Assembly: GCA_963706445.1 (NCBI GenBank) | Contig: OY970160.1 | Location: 1,376,001 to 1,440,000 of the forward strand | Source: an uncultured Nitrososphaerales archaeon | GTDB taxonomy: Archaea; Thermoproteota; Nitrososphaeria; Nitrososphaerales; Gagatemarchaeaceae | Direction: 5' to 3' | Length of the DNA: 64,000 nt | Part shown: positions 10,365 to 18,337 of the stretch, piece after piece | How positions within the stretch are numbered: the stretch's first letter is position 1 | Layout: each line of letters opens with the position of its first letter | Notes under the pieces: generated by a model | What the model was told of the DNA's origin: nothing | Seen by the model: the letters and a program-made list of their open reading frames with translations, nothing else | Database searches by the model: none | Program-made: the position numbers and the translations under genes

Positions 10365-11976
10365 ATCTGACCTCTCCCTTCTCGGTGTCGAACTCGACCT
10401 TGTACTTCTTCCCCTCCAACTTCGGAGGGACCGCGAGCATGTCAGGGGTGTACTTCAGCCCCATCTTGTCGTAGGCGGACAGCTCATAGTCGTTGGTCAT
10501 GAACAGAGCGTCGAAGGGACAAGCATCCACACACAGGCCGCAAAAAACGCAATTATGGACAGAAATATTTGCGGCAATATAGCTATTATCTCCCTCAACC
10601 TCAAAGTTTTGCACAAAATAATCCTTCACCTCTCGGATGTCTATCTTGACGACTGGCGAGACAATCATTCCATCCGTCAGATGCACGTAGCTGTGGGAGA
10701 CTTCGTTGTTCTTTGCGGGGACATCAACCAGTTGCCCCATGGCTTCAACATATGGAGTGTGTACTGTCACGGAATAGCAGAGTTTTCGAGCTTTCTGTCT
10801 TTCTGTACTAATCGAGGAGAGTATACCGATACGCCCCAGCATGTAGTGCATCTGCAAAGCCAAGTCCTTCGAAGTCGTTCGAGTTGTGAAGAAATTCGAG
10901 TGCATCTTGGTCTTGTATGCGTAGTGTTTGTTGGAGTAATGCCCGTCGCCCCAGAACTCTCCGCGCACTATGTCCTTGATGTTCTCGACTGGGAGCAGAA
11001 CCATTGACCAAGGAAGCTTCTTTTCGTCGCAATGACGGCCGAACTGGGAGAAGAACGATGCGACTCGGACCGAGTCTACGCAAAGCTTCAACCCCAGGGA
11101 ATCTGGATCAGGTTTGACCGAGACCTCTGCGCCGAAAACCTTGGCGACGGCCTGCGTAATGTCCTGCTTGAGATCCACTTCGTTCTTGTGGATATCGAAG
11201 GAGACCCTATATCGGTCTGAGGAGCCTTCGGCGAGATAGTATCCAATCAGGCGCATGAGTTCCGCAGTGACAGGCATAGAGACCAACTCCGTCGTGAACG
11301 AACCGCCTTTTCCAGCTGGATGGTAGAGTTCGTAGGTGTACTGGATCACTTCCGCTGGGAGTTCTTCGCTGATTATCGGCCTGGTAAGGTATGTTCGGTA
11401 CTTGATTTCATTCGCAAAGAGCCACGAAGTACCCTTCTCACTATACACGAGGATTGGGTGGTCCTCTGTGGTGGTCAGGGGCTCGAAGCTGCCGAGGGTC
11501 CTAAAGGTGAAGAGCTTCCCAGTGTAGCTCCGACTAAAGAGCCTCGACACCCTTCTGAACTTCCCTGTGTGAGTGAGAACTCTGTCCCCAACCCGGATTT
11601 CTGAGATGGGTTTGACTCCGTCGATGGTGATGATGGGTGTGTCCGGAGGCACGCACCTCCCATAGTCAACCGCGGGCCAGATGTCCTTTTTGTTCTGGGG
11701 CCGTCCCTTGGTGACCTTCTGCATGTCAATGGCGACAGCGACCCCGTCGCATGCGATGGCACAGAGCTGGCACCCTGTGCACTTCTCAAAATACAATATG
11801 TGCCGCCCCTTGAACCCGGCGAGACCCACCCCCTGCTTGGCGTCATACTGGTACCCGGGCCCTTCGAGGTCGAGCTTCTGCTCCGGGTAGCGGAGGGTCA
11901 TCCTCGGGTGGAAGAAATGCCTGACCCCGGACCAGGTGGCGACGAAGACGCCTTTGATGTATGACCAGGTGTTCAT
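10357..11976 (-). CDS. nuoI: NADH-quinone oxidoreductase subunit I precursor containing an intein (predicted spliced product 171 aa)
   Basis: TLRYPEQK, FKGRH, CTGCQLCAIAC; second motif DYGR|CVFCGLCVDACP interrupted by 368 aa. Confidence 0.95.
   Translation of the reverse strand: MNTWSYIKGVFVATWSGVRHFFHPRMTLRYPEQKLDLEGPGYQYDAKQGVGLAGFKGRHILYFEKCTGCQLCAIACDGVAVAIDMQKVTKGRPQNKKDIWPAVDYGRCVPPDTPIITIDGVKPISEIRVGDRVLTHTGKFRRVSRLFSRSYTGKLFTFRTLGSFEPLTTTEDHPILVYSEKGTSWLFANEIKYRTYLTRPIISEELPAEVIQYTYELYHPAGKGGSFTTELVSMPVTAELMRLIGYYLAEGSSDRYRVSFDIHKNEVDLKQDITQAVAKVFGAEVSVKPDPDSLGLKLCVDSVRVASFFSQFGRHCDEKKLPWSMVLLPVENIKDIVRGEFWGDGHYSNKHYAYKTKMHSNFFTTRTTSKDLALQMHYMLGRIGILSSISTERQKARKLCYSVTVHTPYVEAMGQLVDVPAKNNEVSHSYVHLTDGMIVSPVVKIDIREVKDYFVQNFEVEGDNSYIAANISVHNCVFCGLCVDACPFDALFMTNDYELSAYDKMGLKYTPDMLAVPPKLEGKKYKVEFDTEKGEVRYG
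10552..11655 (-). mobile_element. intein with LAGLIDADG homing endonuclease
   Basis: Block A CVPPDTPI, block B TTEDHP, LAGLIDADG-like LIGYYLAEGS and IVRGEFWGDG, block H TTSKDLA...LGRIGI, block F VQNFEVEGDNSY, terminal VHN followed by Cys; visibly AT-richer than the flanks. Confidence 0.95.
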
Positions 11977-11977
11977 C

Positions 11978-13150
11978 TTACTTCACTATCCCCGCTGAGA
12001 TGATGACCATGGTGATGAATATGTTCGCAAAGGCGAGGGCTAGGAGCTTGACCCACCCGGCCCTGAGGAGCATGTCGATCCTGAGCCGGGGCATTATCGA
12101 CCTCGGCAGCATCATCAGAATCATGACGACTGTGACCTTGGCGATGAACCAGACTTCTGGAGGGACAGGCCCGGGCCCGAGCCAGCCGCCAAGAAAGAAC
12201 GTCGTGAAGAGCCCCGCCATGATGTACATGCGGGTGAAGTTAGCGAGCTGAAACGTCCCGAAGAGCATGCTCGAGTACTCTGTCTGCCAGCCGGCGACGA
12301 GCTCGCTGTCAGCTTCGGGGATGTCGAAGGGGATCCGCTCAAGCTCGGCCAGGGCTCCAATGTAGAAGACAATGGCTCCAAGAGGCTGAAGGATGATGTA
12401 CCAAACACCATTCTGGGCCGTGACGATGCCCATCAGGTTGAGAGAACCGGACAACAAGACTGCTCCGACAAGCGAGAGGATCATAGGGATCTCATAGGCG
12501 ACGAGCTGGTGCAGGGCCCTGAGCCCTCCCAAGAACGGGTACTTGCTGTTGCTCGCCCACCCCGCTAGGAGCACGACAAGGGGGGTGAAGCCAAGGATGG
12601 CGAAGATGAGGACCGCCCCGACCGAGGGGTTCGCTATGTAGGTCGTCGGCGACAGAGGGACGAGAGCGATAAGGGCCCCGGCCACCGCCATGAGCGCAAA
12701 AGGTACGGCCAGGAAGGTCGCCCTGTCGACCCCGTCCGGGATGATTATCTCTTTGAAAGCGAGCTTGAAGAAGTCGGCGACGTTCTGGGCGATTCCCTCC
12801 ACTCTCCCTGCGTTCATGGGCCCGGTCCTGAGCTGGATCTTGGCTGTCATCTTCCGCTCGACCCACCCCATGAAGATGGTGCCGTACACCGCCACAAAGG
12901 TGAACCCGGGGAAGGTGGTCAGTGCGAACAGGGTCTTGTAAGGCTCCGTAGAAATGAGGTTGAGCTGGAACTGCAGGAACTGGTCGGGCTTCACCGTCAT
13001 CAGGGCGAAGATGTCGGGGGAGAAGTGAAACTCGGCGTATAGTATGTAATAAATCGGGACTAGAAGGACGACAGAGACAAGGGCGACCCAGAATACGTCT
13101 ATCAGAATCCGTTTCACGAAGTCTTCGAAGGTCGTGATGGGCTTCGACAT
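11978..13150 (-). CDS. nuoH: NADH-quinone oxidoreductase subunit H
   Basis: ERKMTAKIQLRTGP, GWASNSKYPFLGGLR, RIPFDIPEADSELVAG. Confidence 0.97.
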   Translation of the reverse strand: MSKPITTFEDFVKRILIDVFWVALVSVVLLVPIYYILYAEFHFSPDIFALMTVKPDQFLQFQLNLISTEPYKTLFALTTFPGFTFVAVYGTIFMGWVERKMTAKIQLRTGPMNAGRVEGIAQNVADFFKLAFKEIIIPDGVDRATFLAVPFALMAVAGALIALVPLSPTTYIANPSVGAVLIFAILGFTPLVVLLAGWASNSKYPFLGGLRALHQLVAYEIPMILSLVGAVLLSGSLNLMGIVTAQNGVWYIILQPLGAIVFYIGALAELERIPFDIPEADSELVAGWQTEYSSMLFGTFQLANFTRMYIMAGLFTTFFLGGWLGPGPVPPEVWFIAKVTVVMILMMLPRSIMPRLRIDMLLRAGWVKLLALAFANIFITMVIISAGIVK

Positions 13151-13236
13151 GATGCCTTGTTGACAGCTTGCGCCTCGGATTAGCCTTTAAAAGTTTGAGA
13201 GAGGATTTTTCACACGAGACGGCAGACGAACCCTAG

Positions 13237-13533
13237 TTAGATTATCTCTATGGCGCTTTCGGAGAAGCCGTTCTCCTTGAGCATCCTGGCGGCATTCTCC
13301 CTGTGGTCTCCCTGGAGAATCATTATGCCGTCCTTCACGGTCCCTCCGGTGGCAAGGGCCCGCTTCATCTTGGAGTTCAGTTCGTGGAGGTCCTTGTCGC
13401 TCATCTTGATGCCTTCGATGACCGTGGTGGGCTTTCCGAAGCGCCTCATTTCCATCCTGATTTTCACACGTGCTTCTTCGCGGTCGAGTTCGGCGAGAAT
13501 ATCCTCAAAGCCCTCGTCTTGGTCCTTGCTCAC
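13237..13533 (-). CDS. translation initiation factor aIF1 (SUI1)
   Basis: RRFGKPTTVIEG, LATGGTVK, LQGDHR. Confidence 0.93.
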   Translation of the reverse strand: MSKDQDEGFEDILAELDREEARVKIRMEMRRFGKPTTVIEGIKMSDKDLHELNSKMKRALATGGTVKDGIMILQGDHRENAARMLKENGFSESAIEII

Positions 13534-13609
13534 TGTGACTGGGAATTGACTGATAGCGGGGCTATTTAGGATTTGGTTAAATTCGCCGTGTTGGGAGGAG
13601 CGTGAAGGT

Positions 13610-13729
13610 GGGCCCGTAGCTCAGAGCCAATCGGCGGGCAGTTCGGTTAGAGCGACCAACCATAGCGACCGGCTCATACCTTCGGGAGACACCGGTCGGT
13701 CGAGCGTTCAAATCGCTCCGGGCCCACCA
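13610..13729 (+). tRNA. tRNA-Ile2(CAT) (alternatively Met) with three introns: 15/16 (13625-13641), 22/23 (13651-13663), 37/38 (13679-13690); CCA encoded
   Basis: Removing the three segments gives GGGCCCG TA GCTC AGTTCGGTTA GAGC G ACCGG CTCATAA CCGGT CGGTC GAGCG TTCAAAT CGCTC CGGGCCC ACCA; the first two introns form BHB-like motifs; TTAAAT box about 28 bp upstream. Confidence 0.9.
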
Positions 13730-13945
13730 GAATTGCGTGTGTATATTACGCGCCCCCCATTCGCCGGCGTATTCTCGGCTACGTAGTGGCAGAATAGGTC
13801 CAAAATGGGAGAATGAATGACCAGAGACGTCAAAATGCGGTGCCCAAGATTGGAACTTGTGGCACTCGCTATTGCGGGTTTGTAGTAACTTCGTTCGGAT
13901 TGAGAACCCTGTCCATGTCACACACCACCCCACCAGAATTGCATG
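13723..13945 (+). repeat. direct repeat of the tRNA 3' end, CCCACCAGAATTGC(G/A)TG, at 13723-13739 and 13929-13945 (att-like)
   Basis: 14-bp perfect match, 16/17 with extension, seen directly. Confidence 0.7.
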
Positions 13946-14010
13946 GTCTGCTCCCTAAGGTTAATCTGGTTTGGTTTCGGCATCATTGGACATTGAGCGG
14001 TGAAGCCGCT

Positions 14011-15009
14011 GTGCCTGGGAAGGAGGAATGGCCACATCCCTACTGGTTCAGGGTCGTCGAGGTCATCGTCGGGATCCTGACCATCGTGGTCGCAGGCATC
14101 GTCATCGCAAGCCCGTACATTGGCGCGCAGAACCTGGTCCCACTCGTCTCCCTGGCCCTGATCTTCAGCGCCGTGAGGATGATCGCGGTAGGGGGGGTAA
14201 AGCAGAGGCTGAGGAGCTTCGAGGGGCTTGGACTAGTGGGGACAGGGGCCATTGCTCTGATTCTCGTCATAGCCGTCGAGGTCGTCCCCGGCCTCAGCCT
14301 GCAGACTCTGGTCTTCCTGCTCGCGGTCAGCCTTTCCGTCCAGGGGCTCGGCAGGATGCTTTATTCAGCTGGGCGCAGAACACCCAATTGGCTTCGGGAC
14401 TCCACACTTGCAGCCGGAATCGCTATGGTGCTCCTGGCGGCCGTTGTCGAGTTCGTGAAGGGGGTAGCCCTCCTGACTCTTGTCGAACTCCTCGCGCTGA
14501 CAGTCCTCGTAGGCGGCGCGGAAGCCGTCCTCGCTGGGCTGGGGCCGACCAATAAGAGACAGCAGACCCTCCTCAAGTTGATTCTGTTTGCGGCCTTCTA
14601 CGGCATCGTCTTCGTCAATTGGATCGACCTGTTCAATGGTGGGGCCTACATCTACGTCGTCCCCGGCTACCACATCTGGGTGATCATGGCCTACCTGATT
14701 CCCTTCGGAGTCCTTTTGGTGACCCAGGGACGGAAGGATTGGGAGCTGGCCCTGTCTCTCGGCTTGATTGCTTCGCTGGGGAACGACCTAGGCTATTTTG
14801 TGGTCGGAGACGCCTTCTTTGGTTTTCATGTGAACCTGCTCGACTGGTACGCCCACCAGCTTGGGTTCTACGGGACCACGACTCTGTTCGTCTTCAATGG
14901 AGGGCTCTTCTCATTCAGCGTCCCGTCGTGGCTCATGGGAGCGGCAATCTACGCCAGGATAGCAGTGGTGCTGCTGACCCTTCGCCGGTGGTGGAACAAG
15001 AAATTCTAG
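14011..15009 (+). CDS. polytopic membrane protein with HdeD/DUF308-like N-terminal part
   Basis: Many hydrophobic helices; WFRVVEVIVGILTI and WLRDSTLAAGIAM repeats; GTG at 14011 preferred over the ORF start at 13813. Confidence 0.6.
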   Translation: MPGKEEWPHPYWFRVVEVIVGILTIVVAGIVIASPYIGAQNLVPLVSLALIFSAVRMIAVGGVKQRLRSFEGLGLVGTGAIALILVIAVEVVPGLSLQTLVFLLAVSLSVQGLGRMLYSAGRRTPNWLRDSTLAAGIAMVLLAAVVEFVKGVALLTLVELLALTVLVGGAEAVLAGLGPTNKRQQTLLKLILFAAFYGIVFVNWIDLFNGGAYIYVVPGYHIWVIMAYLIPFGVLLVTQGRKDWELALSLGLIASLGNDLGYFVVGDAFFGFHVNLLDWYAHQLGFYGTTTLFVFNGGLFSFSVPSWLMGAAIYARIAVVLLTLRRWWNKKF

Positions 15010-15096
15010 GTCTAGAAGGGAACTGCCGCAGCCTGCGGCTCCCTCGACTTGTTCGGGGATGACCTGCTGCGACCCCAAAGCCTCCGGAAAATCCGC

Positions 15097-15540
15097 CTAG
15101 CGCTTCTGAGCGACCTGGTCGGGGAACCGGCTCAAGTGCTCGTGGGCAACTCGCCATCCTTTGGCCGTCCTTCCTAGGACCATGGTGACCCGGGTCTTGG
15201 ACTTAACGGGAGACCCTTCGAAGGAGTAGTCATTGACGAACATCCCAGAGTAGGTCAGGTAGAAGGTCGCGATGGCAACATCTCCGAATAGGTCTATTCG
15301 AAGCTCGTCGATGGAGTAGTTGTAGTCCGAGATGTTGGCGAACGCCGCCTGCTCGTAGACGAAAGCCTCTTCAGAGTTCTGCCGCGTGTATGGAGGGTTC
15401 TCATCGAACTTCGTGAACTGATCCCTTGGCCCGTGGAAGTTGGCGAGGGCTGCCAGGTCCTTGCTCTTGCCGGCGTCGAAGAAGGCCCGGATTAGAGCCT
15501 CGACGTCATTTCTGTCCTTGTCCGAAGGGCGGAGGTCCAT
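15097..15540 (-). CDS. NTF2/SnoaL-like (DUF4440) protein
   Basis: GDVAIATF ... RVTMVL...GWRVAHEHLS pattern. Confidence 0.75.
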   Translation of the reverse strand: MDLRPSDKDRNDVEALIRAFFDAGKSKDLAALANFHGPRDQFTKFDENPPYTRQNSEEAFVYEQAAFANISDYNYSIDELRIDLFGDVAIATFYLTYSGMFVNDYSFEGSPVKSKTRVTMVLGRTAKGWRVAHEHLSRFPDQVAQKR

Positions 15541-15609
15541 CTAGTATAGCCGACCCTTGAGAGGGATTAAACAACGTTTTTGAGCGCAACTCTTTGCCCA
15601 CGGAATCGC

Positions 15610-15705
15610 GGCGACGTAGCTCAGAAGTCGAGAAACGGCTGGGCAGCGTGGTAGAGCAATTGGCTGTTAACCAATTGGTCGTCGGTTCGAGTCCGACCGT
15701 CGCCG
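15610..15705 (+). tRNA. tRNA-Asn(GTT) with 22-nt intron at 15/16 (15625-15646)
   Basis: GGCGACG/CGTCGCC acceptor stem, ATTGG-CTGTTAA-CCAAT anticodon arm; BHB GCTC AG|A AGTCG-AGAAA-CGGCT GGGC AG|C. Confidence 0.93.
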
Positions 15706-15812
15706 CTTTTTCCATACACTCAGAATAGACTCTGTTAGGCGAAACAAGGTTGATTCAGGCCTTTCCTGTGTTGTTCGTCATAGCGCTCCTGCGGTACCGA
15801 TCACTCAAGTTG

Positions 15813-17535
15813 TCAGGGACCCTTCGGTTCCGGAGAAGGACCTGGCAGGTCCTGCCTCACCTTCCCCGGCCACCAGTTGTACTTCTGCGCGATTGCCATT
15901 AGCGAAGGCACGAAGAGGAAGATCACGACCCCAACGTCCACCATTAAGGCTAAGGCTGCGCTCACGCCAATTTCAGCGAGCAGTCCAATCCCGCTGGCAG
16001 CCAAGGAACCGAAGACGCTCGACAGTATCAATCCCAGACCAAGGAGGGTGATCCAAGTCTTGTTCATGGCGGTCTTGATTGCGTCCAAGTCCGATATGCC
16101 GCGCATCGCCTCCTCTCTTATCCTGGTGACTAGGAATATGTCGTAGTCTACGCCCACTCCGAGCATAGTGACGACGACGAAGAGCGGGGCAAGGCTGACC
16201 ACGGGGGTTTGAAGCACGTAGTAGAACAGGATGGAGAGCAACCCGAGTGCGAAGGAGACGCTGCAGAGAATCGTGAAAATCAAACGAACCGGTGTGAAGA
16301 TCGAACGCAGTTGGGCGAATAGTATGAAGAAGACCCCCACGGCGAGAATCAACACGACGAAGGGGAGAACCCCGTTGATGAGATCAAGAGTGTCGACGGC
16401 AGATTGAGTGGACCCACCGAAGTAGACAGTCGTCCCCAGAGGGAGCGGGATGGCCCCTACCGCGGCCTCGATACTTCCCAAGTCGGTGATCGCGGCTGAG
16501 CTTTGCGAAGGCTGAGAGAGGCCGATGGTGAAAAGGGCGGTCCTGTTATCTTTGCCAACCATCGACAACATTCCACCAAGATATTGGGCCTGAACGGGTG
16601 GCGGCAGGGATGCCAAGCCTGTGTAATTGAAAGAAGCACCGTAGGGCCTTGTAGGGCTGCTGATTGTTTCGACACCCGGAGAGGCCGAAATTACTGACGA
16701 GATTGTTTCAATCTGTCTGAGTTGCGTTTGGTTGAACTGGTAGCGGCTGTTTACGATGGGATATGGAAACGTCACCACGACCAAGGTTGGGGCGACCGTC
16801 GAACCGCCGAAGTTGTTAGTGATGACGGTGAGCCCTTGGTTGCTCTCGAAGTTTGGAATCAGTTTCGAAATGTCAATCCCGCTCGGCGTCTGATAGGCGA
16901 CGTAGAAGGATCCCAGGGCCAGCAGGCTGATTACGACTGAAATGGCCACTTTATGCCGCAGGATTTTGTCTGGGACACTCTCCAGTTTTCTCTTCGCTAC
17001 TGAAGGAGGACCCTCGGCGTTCTTGTCTTGTCGGGGCCAGAACAGCCTCTTTCCCACTGTGAGCTGAACCGAGGGCAGTAGAGTGAGGGATGCAGCCAAC
17101 AGGATGGCGACGCCAATCGCTATTGCCTCTCCCACATCGCCGAAGAATGGCACCTTGGTGATTGCAAGGACGATGTAGGCAACGACCACCGTCAACCCTG
17201 CGGTGAGGACCGCCTGGCCCGCCCACCTCACGGATATGCCCACGCTCTCCTGGATGGTCTTGCCTTTGGACAACTCTTCCTTAGTCCTCCTAAGCTGAAG
17301 TACTCCGTAGTCCACAGCGAGACCCAGCATTGTCAGGATCATCAAGAACGGGACGGCGAAGTTGATCTGACCATGCTGAACGCTGACAAACAAGCCATAG
17401 ACTGCGCCTAGCGAGATTCCAATGGCGACCCCTCCTATCAATAGTGGAACAAGAGCTGCGACAGGCGAAAGGAACAAGAGGCCAGCAACGAGCAATGAGA
17501 CCGCGAGGCCAGGAACTATGCTAGTGTCAAGGGGG
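15813..17535 (-). pseudogene. MMPL/RND-family transporter, N-terminally truncated and fused in frame to an amidohydrolase fragment
   Basis: GLAVDYGVLQLRRTKEE and GVGVDYDIFLVTRIREE repeats; the first TM and first extracytoplasmic domain are absent. Confidence 0.7.
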
Positions 17536-18241
17536 GTCCCGAATAGGATCTTCTCGGCCCCGCCGGCGAAGTAGACTGCTTCGCAGATCTTTCTGGCGAG
17601 CCACCCAGCGAACTTCTGTCGGTAGGCACCCCCTCCTGTGGTGAGACCTGACATGTCGGCGTAGACCTTCGGGTGCTTGTAGATCAGTTCGGCCGCGTCC
17701 TCGAACCATGGATTGCCGAAATGGCAGAGGACGATGGTGAGTTCCGCCCTCTTGTTCGCCAGGCGGTCCAGGGTCAGGGGGTGCGAGCGGACCAAGTCTC
17801 CGCCTTTGGTCGCGGTGTCACCGGTGTGGAAAAGGACCGGGATTCCCTTCTCTTCCGCGAAGTCGTAGGCACCGCTGAACACCGGGTCGTCTGCTGAAGC
17901 GTCGACGTATCCCAGCCTTACCTTGAATGCCTTCACCTCCCCGATGTTTTTGTCAGCGAGTTTCACAGCGGCAGCCACGGCTTTCTTGGTCGGTTCGACA
18001 GTGATGACCGGAGACAGCAGTCCTCGGCTCCTTCGGCAGAGCCTGATGATTTCCTCATTGGGGAGGGGAGTCCCGTCGTTCATGGGTGGGCTGAGCAGGA
18101 GCCCCGTTCGACCTGGTGCTTCCGCATCGAGTCGACAAGTTCGTCCAGAGTGTAGGTCAGGCCGTTCAACTTTGCGAACCCCCGGAGCGCGTCGTCTCGT
18201 CTCTCTGAGAGATGGACGTGCGCGTCGATTATCTTCTGCAC
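17536..18241 (-). pseudogene. amidohydrolase_2-family gene, frameshifted near 18102-18105 and truncated at ILFGT
   Basis: GTG at 18241 gives MQKIIDAHVH...; continuation (LLLSPPMNDG, VLFHTG, LCHFG, YADMSG, ILFGT) is in another frame; terminal Asp motif missing. Confidence 0.75.
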
Positions 18242-18337
18242 ACTCGAAGCATGTCTGGATTCTGAATAAGTCTGCTGGTGTTTGGGGCTACAGGCGCTGG
18301 GTCTAATTACCGGGCGCTGGAGCTAGGTATCGAGAGT

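Noticed and set aside
13610-13729. Interpretation as initiator tRNA-Met, a split tRNA or a pseudogene
   Set aside because: No A1-U72 pair or triple G-C anticodon stem; all exons are colinear and splice to a complete cloverleaf.
13577-13933. 118-aa minus-strand ORF (likewise ORFs 15506-15715 and 45485-46063)
   Set aside because: They overlap tRNA genes and translate into typical tRNA-shadow peptides.
15813-18083. Treating the 756-aa ORF as a novel functional hydrolase-transporter fusion
   Set aside because: Both halves are truncated and the hydrolase is frameshifted, so it is reported as a probable deletion or misassembly.
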